DNA of 64,000 nucleotides from Eledone cirrhosa (GCA_964016885.1 OZ024741.1:133920001-133984000), one strand, 5' to 3'; positions 37,144 through 51,328 are shown, numbered from the stretch's first letter. Notes: generated by a model not told the origin, from the sequence alone. Numbers and translations: made by a program.

Positions 37144-37544
37144 TTAATGGTTGATAACTATAGATAATACCTGAATATGTCGGGTAGCGATTCATTACCT
37201 GTTGGTTTATTGTGAGTGAGAAGAAACCTGAATGAAAGTGGAGATGTACGCCATTGTCAGCAAAGGAGAGTGAGTGGATGCATTAACTAATTATGAACTA
37301 ATTATAATGAAATGAAAAAAGGAAGTATGAAAAACACATGATGAGAAAAATATAATGAACTAAATAAATAAAAACAGATAAAGAACAGCCATTAAAAATG
37401 GAGCAGATAATATTAATAACGAATTAAAATTATCACTAGGAATGAATATAAAAAGTACTAATAGTTGGGTTTAGAATTTATAATTTGGAATTTTATAGTG
37501 GGTTAATGTGGTATAGGGTAAGTGGAACATAATAATAATAATAA

Positions 37545-37608
37545 TGTTTCTACTTTTGGCACAAGGCCAGCAATTACTCCAGTGCATTACTGGTGCTTTA
37601 TTTTATTA
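37545..37608 (-). mobile_element. SINE family A 3' tail fragment, cut by Helitron
   Basis: TTTCTACTTTTGGCACAAGGCCAGCAATTAC match. Confidence 0.7.
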
Positions 37609-38036
37609 CTAGCTGGACCCGTGAAAAAATTCACGGATAATCGCCTCTCTCTATATTATAACCCCTTCTCTCTAAATAAACCCATCCCTTTCTCTATTAA
37701 AACCACCCTCTCTATATATTATAACATCCCTCTCTCTATATATATTTTAACCCTCCTTTCTCTATATTATAACCGCCTCTCTCTATATTATAATCCCCCT
37801 CTCTCTCTGTATATATATATATAATAACCAATCCCTTTCTCTATATTATAACCCCTCTCTCTAAATACATTATAACCCGCTCTCTCTCTCCTTTCCAAAT
37901 GTTGCATCGCTCTTTGATTTTCTTTGGCTGTAGATTGTCGTAGATTGTTTACCACCCCACTTCTATTGCTTTACTGAAAGCGTGATACACACGGTCGGAC
38001 GTACGGTACGTAAGTATTAGCGTATTAATATATAGA
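37609..38036 (-). mobile_element. Non-autonomous Helitron with internal minisatellite
   Basis: Minus strand A|TC start, CCGTGAA-TTTT-TTCACGG hairpin and CTAG|T end; internal CTCTCTATATTATAACC repeats. Confidence 0.78.
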
Positions 38037-38044
38037 TTATTATT

Positions 38045-40859
38045 AAAGGGCGATTAGAATGGAGTCCATTATGTTTAGTAAGGCGTTAGCAACAGAGAAA
38101 AATAGAGCAAAGGGAGAACTAGTTAGAAAATTAGATGAGGCGCTTAGTAAAGGCATCGCGACCGACGTGCTTGCGGCCAAATTAGCCCTCAACCAATTCT
38201 TCAACGCAAAGCACGAAGGCTGCGTTGTCAGAGCTAGGACGCGTGCTCTCAGAAACGAGGGTACGAAAGCCGTTCAATGGGCCCGAGTGGCGGAGGCGCG
38301 TTGTGGCAACAAAGCCACGATCCGGTCTTTGGTGGACCACGACGGGCGAATACTACTCGATCCCGGGTAAATGTGTGAAGCATTTCAGCGACACTTTTCC
38401 CAGCTGTTCGGGGGTAGCGGCGGGCCGGATCGCGGGATAGACTTTAGTGCCTACCTCGACGGACTGCCGGGGCTCTTGGCCACTGAAGCGGAGTGTTGCG
38501 AAAAGCCGATAACAGCCACTGAAGTAGGGGAGGCAATGACTGGCTGCACAAGGGGTAAATCGCCTGGTTTGGATGGTCTGCCCTACGAACTTTACGTACA
38601 TATGCCAGACTTGTTCGTAGACCTCTTGGTGGACGTCTACTGCAACCGGCAACAGAACGGGAGAATTCCCAGCTCTGTGAGCCGAGGAGCTGTGGCGTTG
38701 CTGAGAAAGGATCCGAACAAGGGGGATAACATAGATAATTTCAGGCCCATAACTCTGCTAAACACAGAGTTCAAGATTTTGGCCAAGGTGCTAGCAAAGA
38801 GGTTGGCGCTTGTCGCTGGTGGTCTGGTGGGAGAGGCACAGGCATGCGCCATCCGAGACAGATCCATCCATGACAACCTCCACCTCATGCGATGGAGAGG
38901 GTAGCTAGGGAACCTGGCACGGGTGGGTCCTTGATCAATTTAGATCAGTCGAAAGCTTTCGATAGGGTCGACCATCGTTATCTGGCGGCAGTCCTGAGGG
39001 CGGCCGGCTTTGGGCTCGTCTTCAGAGGCTGGATCGCTGCCGTGCACAGCGACATCTGCTCTGTGGTGAGAGTGAACGGTTACCTTTCGGAACCGTTCAA
39101 CATCATGCGCTCGGTCCGCCAAGGATGTCTCCTCTTGTCTCTGTTGTACGTATTTACACTCGAGCCATTACTGCAGAAACTGGAGACGTTGAGGGGTTCC
39201 GCGCGAACTGGGATGCGGAAGATCCGTATCAGCATATGCAGACGATGTCACCGTAGTGGTGTCGAACGCCAAACACATCGAGGCGATCGGCACTACACTA
39301 AGTGAATACGAGGCGGTGACAGGAGCAATGATCAACCAGGAAAAGTCAGTGGGCCTGCAGCTCGGCACCTGGAGAGGCAGGTCCATGCCGTCCAATAGCG
39401 TTGTCGGGCGCTGGATGGACGGACCGGTTAAATTGCTAGGAGTCTGGTTTGGTCCAGACCTCCAGACGGACAAAAACTGGGACGAGGTGACGAGCAAGGT
39501 GGCTTCTCTCACCCAGAAATGAGCAGAGAGGAAATTATACCTGAAAGGTCGAGCGTAGGTGGCGAATGCGTACATCGCCTACGTCATCTACTACCGCCTG
39601 ACAGTCGTGCCTTGTCCTAAGCCTCGCCTGACTGCGCTGGAACGTTTGCTCTTCGCTTTTTGTGGAAGGGACGCGTTCCGATGGTCAGGTGTCCATCTGC
39701 TGTCAACACCCGCTACGTGGAGGGCTGGGAATGCCGTGGCTGATGATGCACAGTCACGCGTTCAGGCTACGATATCTCCACCTCTTCCTCGACGGTGATC
39801 AGATGTGGTTGCCGTTTGCTAGACGCGTGTTTCCCCAGCTCGTTTCCTTGACGGAACTGCAGTCCTGGGTCAAGCGAAGACCGAGAGGGAGTGCTTGGAG
39901 ACTGGAATGTCTTCAGGCGCTCACAGCCCTCGACCAGTCAAGCAATGCGATCGGTGGAAACTCCACCTCGGCGTTCTATAGAGGATTAGTGGAGGGGAAG
40001 AGCGACGACGTACTTGGAGAGACTCTGGGCGTCGACGAAAATCAACTAGCCAATCTTTTCGGAAGGACTTTCGGGCCAGGGCCTATGGACAACTTCCAGA
40101 AATCCCTGGCCTGGCAGTGCTACCGAGGAGCTTTGCCAGTTCGGGATAAGCTCTACAGGCATGGAAGTGCCGTCAGCCTGGCATGTCCAAGATGCGCGCA
40201 GAGCGACGAAACCGTCCTGCACGCACTCGTCCAGTGTCCGCGCATTGCTGACTTGTGGGTTTATGCCGAACACCTGCCGTCGCGTGTAGGACGGATTCGG
40301 CTATCAGCTGAGTCCATCGTGAGGATTGCCCCGCCCTCTTCCTTTAGCCGAGAATGGCAGGCAGTTATTATCTATCTGGTGGCCATGGCAAAAGAGATAG
40401 TATGGTGGACGCGTTTGAAAGGGCTGAAGACGAGCACTTACCTCTTCGGTGATGCCCTGATTAACTTTTTCAAATTACATTTGAATAGGAAAATCAGGGA
40501 AGTGCTCTCTTCCCAGCATTTGTTAAAAGATGGGTGAGAGAGGCAAGAATGGCCCGAGTGAATGGGCCTACTCTGAGTATGTGCCTGTAAATTAAAGGTG
40601 GAAAACTGGGAGAGGGCACTTGCCCTGGTAGTCAGGGTCACCGTGGCTTTTTTAATGGGTTTTCTCCACGAATGTCCCTCGGAAGTCTCCCCCCCCCCCT
40701 ATTGGGGAATTTTTCATTGTATCTTGTTTTGTTACATCCTCTGTTTTTGTTTTTTTTACACGCAGAAATGCCCATTTGTACCGTCCTATATTGTCCTGTA
40801 TTGTCCTGTATTGTCCTTAATGTCTTACTTTGTGTAAATCCTTGTGGTTAATAAAGAAA
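38045..40859 (+). mobile_element. 5'-truncated L1-Tx1 LINE (copy B), ORF2 with stops
   Basis: KSPGLDGLP, RPITLLN, KAFDRVDH, YADD and CPRC..H..C; close paralog of 46925-49743; flanked by ATT repeats. Confidence 0.92.
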
Positions 40860-40869
40860 GCATTATTAC

Positions 40870-43390
40870 AGACACGTCCAGATGCTCGGCACCGCTCTCA
40901 AGGAATACGAAGCGGTGACAGGAGCAACTATAAACCAGGAAAAGTCGGTGAGCTTGCAGCTTGGCACCTGGAGAGGCAAGTCCATGCCGTCCGACAGCGT
41001 CGTGGGCGTTGAACGGACAGACCGGTTAAATTGCTCGGGGTCTGGTGTTGACAGCAGATGGATCGTCTAACCATGGGAGCACGTCCCTTCCACAAAAAGC
41101 GGAAGAGTAGGCGCTCCATTTTGGTCAGAGTTGGGCGGGAGCAAGGTACTACGGTCAGGCATTAGCAGATGACGGACGCGATGTACGCGTTCGCCCCTCC
41201 GCCCGACCTTTCAGAGACAGCCTCCTCTCGGCCCATTTCTGAGTGAGAGAGGCCACCCAGCTCGTCACCTCGTTCCAGTTTTTCTCCATCTGGCGGTCCG
41301 GACCGAATCAGACCCCAAGCAATTTAACCGGTCCTTCCGTCCATCGCTCCACGACGCTGTCGGATGGCATAGACTTGCCACTCCAGGTGCCGAGTTGTAA
41401 GCCCACCGACTATTCCTGGTTTATCTTTGCTCCTGTCACCGCTTCGTATTCCTTGAGAGCGGTGCCGAGCATCTGGACGTATTTGGTACTCGACACCACC
41501 ACAGTGACATCGTCGGCGTAAGCTGAGACGGATCTCCCGCATCCCAGTTCGCGTGGGACCCCCCTCATCGTCTCCAATTTGTGCAGTAACGATTCGAGGG
41601 CCAATACGTACAAGAGGGACGAGAGGGGACAACCCAGGCGGACCGAGCGCATGATGCTGAACGGCTGTGACAGATGACCGTTCACCTTCACAGCTGAGCA
41701 GATGTCGCTATGCATCGCAGCGATCCAACCTCTGAAAATGGGCCCGAAACCGACCGCCTCGAGGACCACCGCCAGGTACCGATGGTCGACCCTATCAAGT
41801 GCCTTAGATCGATCCAAGTTGATCAGGGCCCCACCCGCGCCAGGTTCCTTAACTACCCCCTCTATGATGTATCGCATGAGGTGGAGGTTGTCGTGGATTG
41901 ATCTGCCTGGAATGGCGCATGCCTGCGCCTCTCCCACCAGATCACCGACAACAAGCGCCAATCTCCTTCCTAACACCTTGGCCAAAATTTTGAAATCTGC
42001 GTTTAACAGAGTTATGGGCCTGAAGTTGTCTATCTTGTCCCCCTTGTTCGGGTCTTTTCTCAACAGCGCCACCGCTCCACAGCTCACAAAACTGGGAATG
42101 CTCCCGTTATGTCAGTTGCAGTAGCCAGTTGCAGTAGACATCTGCCAAGAGGTCGCCGAACAAGTCTGACATGTATGCATAAAGCTCGTAGAGCAGACTA
42201 TCCAAACCTGGCGATTTACCCCTCGTGCAGTCAGACATGGCTTCCCGTATTTCATCTGCTGTTATCAACTTTTCGCAATACTGCACTGCGGTCGTCGAGA
42301 GCCGCGGCAGTCACTCGAGGTATGCATTGAAGTTCATACTCCAATCCGGCCCGCCGCCACTCCCAAACAGTTGAGCAAAGTACTGCCGAAAAGCCTCACA
42401 CATCTGCTCGGGTTCGAGCAATATGCGCCCGTTTTGGTCAGGCAAGGACCGAATTATGGATTTGTTGTCACGTCGCGCCTCTACCACTCGGTGTCTCAGA
42501 GCACGCCATCTAGCTCTGACAACGCATCCTTCGTGCTTTGCATTGAAGAATTGGTCGAGTGCAAATCTGACCGTTGCAATTTTTTTCCCGCAGTAAAACG
42601 GGACTAACGTTATGTCATCACTCCGTAGGGCCCTCAATGAGTGCGATTTTTCTTCCTGGGTGGTAGCAAAAAGGACGTCCACGGTAGCATATTTCTTGCC
42701 TCGGGTGATGTGGGTTTTCCGTGCCCACACAGTTCCCAAGGCAATTGTGCGGTATGACACTGTGCGTCGCTCTTGTTCCTTCAGGAAGTCGGTTGGTGGT
42801 TTCAAGGACACTAAAAATTCAGTTCTGGTTACCATGTGTGTTGCGACCGCCATCTCCTCTTCTGTGACCAGGACTGTTTCTACGTTGCGAGCCACCTATG
42901 CAAAAGAAATGGTCCCTTTTTCAGTGGCATCATTGATGCCGCCGCTACTGCTGCTACTGGTCTTGTTGTTGGTGCTGTTGCTGTTGCTATTGCTACAAAT
43001 AGTGTTGTTGCTCTTATCACAGTTGCAGTTGGTTGTGTCTTTGGTGCCGCCGTTGTTGTTGTTGTTGTCGGTGCAATTTGTATTGTTGCTGTTGCTGTTG
43101 GTGTTGTTGCTATTTGTTTTCGTGTTGTTGGTGTTAATATTGTTGTTGCATTTGTTCTGTTGTCTGTATTTTGGTTGTCGCTGTTATTATTGTGGTTGGT
43201 GTGGTCACTTTTTTCAAAATTAGTGTTCTCAGTGTTGTTGTCATTGCTGTCTTTGTTCACGTTGTTTGTGGTGCTGTTTGTTGTGTCAATGTCTCTGTTC
43301 GCCGTAACCCTCTTTCTCATCTTTTACGTCGTTGTCACACGACAGCAGACATATCGCTGGGGGGCGTGGCTCAGCCATGTTTTTTTTTTC
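40870..43390 (-). mobile_element. Rearranged L1-Tx1 LINE (copy C): internal deletion and inverted 3' segment
   Basis: Minus-strand ORF1 5' part (43320-42566) is joined to ORF2 RT (42565-41046, AYADDVTV); 40870-41046 is a plus-strand duplicate of an RT segment. Confidence 0.85.
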
Positions 43391-43994
43391 GATAATTTTT
43401 AAATGTAAAATGTTCAAATATTATATATATTTCGTCTTGTGTTATATATATTTGTGAGTCCTGGAGTTTGGTTATGTATCTATCTGCGTGCTTTTTTTAT
43501 CATCCCTAGAGCACCTATAATTATTATAGCTATTGTTTCTATCTTCAACATCCACATCCGGGTTATTTCTATCTATAGATGCTTATGTTTAGATAGTTTC
43601 TCCATTTCCTTGGTAGGAATGTTGTCGTCAGTTGGGATTGATACATCAATCAGAAGACATTTTTCTTTCTAGTTTTTGATTATTATTATTATTATTGAAT
43701 GCCATGGTTGACGGAGGCTCGGCACTGTAAGGTATTGTAAATTTTGACCGCTATAACAATTGTAAATTGTTTAAAACTTTAACCAACTTGTAGACAAAAA
43801 CACCCTCCTCCTCGTGAGAGGGGTCTTTCTGCCCGTTATTTGGCCCTTCGGGGTTAAATAACCGCTTATTGGGGTTTTGTGCCCAATATTTATTTTAAAC
43901 AAAAAAACAACATGGCTACAAAAAGAATTTTCATAGGTCACTCCCACTCATTCAGTCTTCTTCTTCCTCAATCGTCACTACATCAGAGAGAAGA

Positions 43995-46041
43995 TTGTCT
44001 CTCTCCCTCCCTTCTCTAAATGTGTCTCTCTCCCTCCCTTCTCTTTCGCAAGCGACGCCAGAAAAGAAAAATCACGTGCAAAGCGAGCAAGATTTCTCCA
44101 CGACGACGACGACAACGACGAAAAAGGTGTGCGGGAAATACGAAAACCCATTGCATTCGTCTGACGTCAGGAATAATAGCTGTAGCAGCCGTAATAACAG
44201 CATCAACAGTGACAAGGAAAACAACAGTAGCAGCCGCAACAGCATCAGCAGCAGCATAAACAACAACAGCATTAGCAACAACAACAACAGCAGCAGATGC
44301 AACAACAACAACAACCACAGCAACAGCGGCGGAGGCAGTAGTCGTAGTACCTGCAGCAACAACAAAAGTAACAGCAGCTCTGACGACAACAACAACAACA
44401 ACAGCAGCAAAGAAAAACTAATCTCGTTTGCAGGTATCGCAAAGAACCTGGAAACCATCCTCATAACAAATGAGGAATTAGAGGAAGCGAAGAAGATGGT
44501 GACAAAAACTGGACACCGAGCAATCTGCAAGGCAGCCGAAAATTTTTTCAAAACCCAACAACACTGTACGGCCACGTACCGTACAGTAAGTACAAAATCC
44601 CGTAGGGTTGAAAGAGCTACAGAGGCGCAAATACAAAAAGCCTTGGTGTTTGTGTGGCAGCGGAAAACGCACATCACCCGAGGCAAGAAATATGCCACCG
44701 TAGACGTACTTTTTGCCACACCCCAGGAGGCAAAGGCTCAATCCTTAGTGACCCTAAGGAGCGAGGAAATGGTGTTGGTGCCCTCCTACTGCGGGCAAAA
44801 TATTGTGAGGGTCAAACTGACCCACGTCCCCCCCCCCCGGGATGGTCCCTTCTTGGCTGGTCGCGTCTGTCCTCGTCGGAATCGAGGACAAAACAACTGT
44901 ACTGCAAGTACAGAAAAAAGTAAGAGAAGATTGGGTCGGCACCTCCATTGAGATGTTAATCCAAACCAACCAGGAGTGCATCGAAGCTATCCCGGATGTG
45001 ATAGACTTCGATAACGGCACTCAACTGCCCATAAGTGTTGAGGGCAAACGCCCAAAATGCTTTCGCTGTGGATCGAAGACTCACCTCAGGGCCTTCTGCA
45101 ACGAGAAGACCCTGAGAAAGGAGAAAACCCTCCTCCTTCCGAAACCGGCTCCACGGCTACCAGCAACAGGACAAGCGGCAACCAGGAACGATAGGTCCGT
45201 GGCACCCATACCCACGCCACGTAAATCAAAAACAGCAGCAGCAGTGGAAGTATTAACAACAACAACAGCAATACCAAATGCAGCTGCAACAGAGACTCCA
45301 GTGCAAACATCACCAACAACAAGTGAAAGAGTGGAGCTGGTACCCCTCCCCGACCTCACAGAATCAGACATGGAGTGTGAGGTGGGAGAGGAATGGCAAA
45401 AGGTCGTAAGAAGGCACAAACGCAGAAGCAGCGCATCGTCGCCTTTGAAAAGGGAGGAAAGAAATGAAAAAAGGGTAAACGCTACTGCAAAGAGACTCAC
45501 AGCAGCAACACCACCAACACCATCACCACCCACACTAGCACCACCATCACCACCGGCGACAACCCCACCGCCAACAACAACAACACCTTCAACACCACCA
45601 CCACAAGCACCAACATCGCAAACACAACAACAAAACACACACACCCAGCAACAACGACAAGAAAATAGCAGAACCACACCCCACCCCCAGAAAAACAAAT
45701 GCACGGCAATAAATACACACAACAAGAAACTAATGACTTACATAATTGAACACACAGACATTTCACAACACGACTACATAATACCAGCATCAATCAAAAC
45801 GCCAACTAACATAAGACTGCTAAAAATAGCACAGAAACAATACACAAACATTAAAACGAAATTCCCCAACGCAGTTGGTGATTTCAGAGACCTAGGAGGG
45901 ACTATCAACCGAAGAGTATATTCGGACATACTCATAGAAGAGCCGACGACCAGCCGAAGGGACGATTCAACGGTCCCTTCACCAGACGATCAAGTAAAAA
46001 GGGATAGAAAAACCATCCCTCCTCTACGAAAAGTACGGTAA
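43995..46041 (+). pseudogene. Tx1 ORF1 (CCHC knuckle), frameshift in poly-C at ~44830
   Basis: CFRCGSKTHLRAFC; Ser/Asn-rich N-terminus and Pro/Thr-rich C-terminal region. Confidence 0.85.
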
Positions 46042-46076
46042 GTGGTCTTTCCCATCTTTTCCACTCTATTTTAAAC

Positions 46077-49000
46077 ATGACCTCACTCAGAATAGGCAGC
46101 ATAAATGCGCGTGGCTTGGGCTCGTCATGGAAGCAGGGTCACCTGCTCAACGACCTCAGGTCACTAAACATAGATGTAGTGGTCATCAGCGAGACCAGAA
46201 TCTCCGAAGCACGGGCCTTCGCACCGATCTTCGGCGGCTACGATGTGCACGCATCTCCCAGCCGTCCTGGATCGGGGGGAGGAGTTGCTGTGCTTTTTCG
46301 GAGAGGTTTGGATCTCGCCATACGGGCCATCTTCCTGGACCCAGAGGGTAAGTTGGTGGTGCTGGACGTGACCAGCGGAGACGGGCAAGCTTTCAGGCTA
46401 GTGGCCGTCTATGCCCCGACAGGAGCAGGGCGGCCTGATTTCTTCCGGCGTCTGGAGACCTTTCTTGGAACGTCCCGCTCTTTAGTGTTAGTGGGCGACT
46501 GGAACGGGATCTTAGATGCACGCTGGGACTGTGTGGATTAGCGGATAGGGTGGAGGGTGCAAGAGCCTCACCAACCTGCTCAGGCGTTTTGAACTGTCTG
46601 ACAGGTACCGATTGGATTTCCCGAATGTGCCAATGTGGACTTGGACAAATCGCATAGGGTCATCCAGATCATATCTAGATAGAGTATTTTGTAGGGAAAT
46701 AGATAGGTCTAGCATAGGCTGTCCACAATTCAAGATAGTCAGCTACACGGACCATAAATTCGTGATCTGTGTGCTTGACTTAGATAGGCTTCATAGACGA
46801 GGACCCGGCTACTGGAAGCTACACGCGTCCTTACCAGCGCGCAAGGCCTACAGAGACCGGATTAGCGAACTAGTTAAGCGGGCGTTGACAGGGGCCATCG
46901 TCAACAACAAGTGGTGGTTTGCTCTGAAAGAGCGATTAGAATAGAATCGATTAGGTTTAGTAAGTTTTTAGCAATAGAGAAAAATAGAGCAGAGGGAGAA
47001 CTAGTTAGAAAATTAGACGAGGCGCTTAGCAAAGGCATTGCGACCGACGTGCTTGCGGCGAAATTGGCCCTTGACCAATTCTTCAATGCAAAGCACGAAG
47101 GCTGCGTTGTCAGGGCAAGGGTGCGTGCTCTCAGACACGAGGGGACGAAAGCCGTTCAATGGGCCCGAGTGGCGGAGGCGCGTCGTGGCAACAAAGCCAC
47201 GGTCCGGTCTTTGGTGGACCACGACGGGCGCATGCTACTCGATCCCGGGCAAATGTGTGAAGCTTTTCAGCGACACTTCGCTCAGCTGTTCGGGGGCAGC
47301 GGTGGGCCGGGTCGAGGGATGGACTTTAGTGTCTACCTCGACGGACTGCCGCGGCTCTCGGCCACTGAGGCGGAGTGTTGCGAAAAGCCGATAACAGCCG
47401 CTGAAGTAAGGGAGGCAATGACTGGCTGAACAGGGGGTAAATCGCCTGGTTTGGATGGTCTGCCCTATGAACTTTACGTACAGATGCCAGGCTTGTTCGG
47501 AGGCCTCTTGGCGGACGTCTACTGCAACTGGCAACAGAACGGGAGAATTCCCAGTTCTGTGAGCCGAGGAGCGGTGGCACTGCTGAGAAGGGATCCGAAC
47601 AAGGGGGATAACATAGATAATTTCCGGCCCATAACTCTGCTAAACACAGAGTTCAAGATTTTGGCCAAGGTGCTAGCAAAGAGGTTGGCGCTTGTCGTTG
47701 GTGGTCTGGTAGGAGAGGCGCAGACATGCGCCATTCCCGACAGATCCATCCACGACAACCTCCACCTCATGCGATACATCGTAGAGAGGGTAGCTAGGGA
47801 ACCTGGCACGGGTGGGTCCTTGATCAATTTAGATCAGTCGAAAGTTTTCGATAGGGTCGACCATCGTTACCTAGCGGCAGTCCTGAGGGCGGCTGGCTTT
47901 GGGCCCGTCTTCAGAGGCTGGATCGCTGCCATGCACAGCGACATCTGCTCTGTGGTGAGAGTGAACGGTCACCTTTCGGAACCGTTCAACATCATGCGCT
48001 CGGTCCGCCAAGGATGTCCCCTCTCGTCCCTCTTGTACGTATTGACTCTCGAGCCATTACTGCACAAACTGGAGACGTTGAGGGGCGTCCCGCTTGAACT
48101 AGGATGCGGAAGATCCGTGTCAGCATATGCGGACGATGTCACCGTAGTGGTGTCGAACGCCAAACACATCGAGGCGATCGGCACTACACTAAGAGAATAC
48201 GAAGCGGTGACAGGAGCAATGATAAACCAGGGAAAGTCAGTGGGCCTGCAGCTCGGCACCTGGAAAGGCAGGTCCATGCCGTCCAACAGCGTCGTCGGAC
48301 GCTGGACGGACGGACCGGTTAAATTGCTAGGGGTCTGGTTTCGGTCCGGACCTCCAGACGGACAAAAACTGGGACGAGGTGACGAGCAGGGTGGCTTCTC
48401 TCACCCAGAAATGGGCGGAGAGGAAGCTATCCCTGAAAGGTCGAGTGGAGGTGGCTAACGCCTACATCGCGTCTGTCATCTGCTACCGCCTGACCGTCGT
48501 ACCTTGTCCTAAGCCCCGCCTGACTGCGCTGGGGCGTTTGCTCTTTCGTTTTTTGTGGAAGGGACGCGCTCCGATGGTCAGGCGGTCCATCTGCTGTCAA
48601 CACCCGCTACGTGGAGGGCTGGAAATGCCGTGGCTGATGATGCGCAGACACGCGCTCAGGCTACGACATCTCCACCTCTTCCTCGACGGTGATCAGGTGT
48701 GGTCGCTGTTTGCTAGACACGTATTTCCCCAGCTCGTTTCCTTGACGGAGCTGCAGTCCTGGGTCAAGCGAAGACCGAGAGGGAGCGCCTGGAGACTGGA
48801 ATGTCTTCAGGCGCTCACAGCCCTCGACCAATCGGGCAATGTGATCGGTGGAAACTCCACCTCGGCGTTCTATAGAGGATTAGTGGAGGGGAAGAGCGAC
48901 GACGTACTTAGGGAAACTCTAGGCGTCGACGAAAATCAACTAGCCAATCTCTTCGGAAGAACTTTCGGGCCGGGACCTATGGAGAATTTCCAGAAATCTC

Positions 49001-49494
49001 TGGCCTGGCAGTGCTACCGAGGAGCCTTGCCAGTTCGGGATAAACTCTACAGGCATGGGGGTGCCGTCAGCCGGGCATGTCCGAGATGCGCGCAGGGCGA
49101 CGAAACCGTCCTGCACGCACTCGTCCAGTGTCCGAAAATTGCTGACTTGTGGGTTTATGTCGAACACCTGCTGTCGCGTGTAGGACGGATCCGGCTATCA
49201 TCTGAGTCCATCGTGAGGATTGCCCCGCCCTCTTCCTTTAGCCGGGAAGGGCAGGCAGTTTTTATCTGTCTGGTGGCCATGGCGAAAGAGATAGTATGGT
49301 GGACACGTTTGAAAGGGCTGAAGACGAGCACTTACCTCTTCTGTGATGCCCTGATTGACTTTTTCAAATTACATTTGAAAAGGAAAATCAGAGTAGAGAG
49401 GGAAGTGCTCTCTTCCCAGCATTTTGTTGAAAGATGGGTGAGAGAAGCAAGAATGGCCCGAGTGAATTGGCTTACTCTGAGTACGTATCTGTAA
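46077..49494 (+). pseudogene. Tx1 ORF2 (APE, RT, zf-RVT) with stops and frameshifts
   Basis: SINARGL, VGDWN, SYLDRV, QGCPLS, AYADDVTV and CPRC..ETVLHALVQC. Confidence 0.93.
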
Positions 49495-49743
49495 ATTAAA
49501 GGTGGAAAACTGGGAGAGGGCACTTGTCTTGGTGGTCAGGGTCACTGTGGCCTTTTACTGGGCTTACTCCACAAATGTCCCTCCGAAGTCTCCCCACTAT
49601 TGGGGAATTTTTCATTGTTATTTTTTTGTTACATCCTCTGTTTTTGTTTTTTACACGCAGAAATGCCCATTTGTACCGTCCTGTATTGTCCTGCACTGTC
49701 CTTAATGTCTACTTTATGTAAACCCTTGTGGTTAATAAAGAAA

Positions 49744-49796
<53 letters not shown>

Positions 49797-49797
<1 letters not shown>

Positions 49798-50237
49798 CTT
49801 GAATCTCAGTCATTGATGTTAGTTAACTGGAAAGTCCGTTGGAATGAATATCAAGCCACTACCTGCAGCCTCAGATATTCAGGACGTATCGGAGGGTTCT
49901 TGCTGTTCCCAGCAAGCATGCCTTTTGGAGCGTTCCAAAAAGCGTGAAGGGGCCGATTTTCTTTAACTATCCCTGGAAACTTTTGGAGATAGTCCCCAGT
50001 GCGCCTATGACAATCGGGATCACTTTGACTTCATGGCAGTTACAAATCTTTTTTACCTCCCACTTTAAGTCCTGGTATCGGTTAATTTTCTCCCTCTCCT
50101 TCTCTTGCACTCTCGTGTCGAATGGGCAGGCCACATCCACAATCAGACACGATCTTTTTTCTTTGTCCACAACCACCAGGTCAGGTCTATTGTGTTCCAG
50201 TTTCTTGTCCGTCTGTATCCTAAAATCCCACAGCACC
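49797..50237 (-). mobile_element. R4/Dong-type RLE retrotransposon 3' fragment (copy 1) in (TAA)n
   Basis: LWDFRIQTD..RPDLVV..IVDVACPFD..EKINRY restriction-like endonuclease; TAA arrays on both sides. Confidence 0.85.
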
Positions 50238-50302
<65 letters not shown>

Positions 50303-50305
50303 GTT

Positions 50306-51328
50306 GTTCTTTGAGTCTCAGTCATTGATGTTAGTTAACTGGAAAGTTTGTTGAAATGAATATCAAGCCACTACCTGCAGCCTCAGATATTCAGGACGTA
50401 TCGGAGGGTTCTTGCTGTTCCCAGCAAGCATGCCTTTTGAAGTGTTCCAAAAAGCGGGGCGGGGCCAATTTTCTTTAACCATCCCTGGAAACTCTTTGAG
50501 ATAGTACCTAGTGCGCCTATGACAATCTTTTTACCTCCCACTTTAAGTCCTGGTATCGGTTGATTTTCTCCCTCTCCTTCTCTTGCACTCTCGTGTCGAA
50601 TGGGCAGGCCACATACACAATCAGGCACGATCTCTTTTCCTTATCCCAAACCACCAGGTCAGGTCTATTGTGTTCCAGTTTCTTGTCCGTCTGTATCCTA
50701 AAATCCCACAGCACCTTCACCTGATCGTTTTCTATCGCCGACTCTGGCTTATGCTCATACCACTTCTCAGAATGTGGTAAATTGTTTACTTTGCATAGGT
50801 GCCAGTGTATCACCCTGCCCATCACATCATGTCTCCAGCCTTTATAGTGAGTCTGGGCTAGGTGTTTACACTCGGATACAATGTGAGCCACAGTCTCCTC
50901 TCTCTCTCTCCACAGATCCTGCACAGTGGGCTAGCCTCCTCCTTGTAAATATGGTGTTTCAGCCACTTCGTTTTGAGGGCCTGCTCTTGCGCAGCCATTA
51001 GCATTCCTTCTGTAGCCTTTTTAAGGTCTCCTCTTTTCAACCAGTTCCATGTATGTGGATCTCTGAATTCAGTTTTCTCAAAGAAGGTACTATGAAGGGA
51101 TTTTTCATGAAGGCTGCTCTTTCTCCTTGTTGTAATTTCCTCCTTGGACATCTCCTGGTCTATTGTCCTCTCCTTCAGTACAATTCTGAGCATTGGCTCC
51201 TTACTATCAGTCACGTATTTGTGTAGGTTGTTTTTCTCCATCTGAACACAGTCCTCTATCTCCTTAAGTAGAGTCTATCGACATCACTCCTCTTGTGGAA
51301 CATGTTGTAGATAGTCAATAGCTTCCTA
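50306..51328 (-). mobile_element. R4/Dong-type RLE retrotransposon 3' fragment (copy 2) in (TAA)n
   Basis: AAQEQAL, CRIC..ETVAHIVSEC zinc knuckle, RHD and PD..D RLE motifs. Confidence 0.88.

Larger units (their letters stand above)
43700..49743 (+). mobile_element. Full-length L1-Tx1 LINE (copy D), few disabling mutations
   Basis: ORF1 plus ORF2 plus 3' UTR ending AATAAAGAAA before (ATT)n; (ATT)n also lies upstream near 43680; 5' boundary approximate. Confidence 0.92.
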
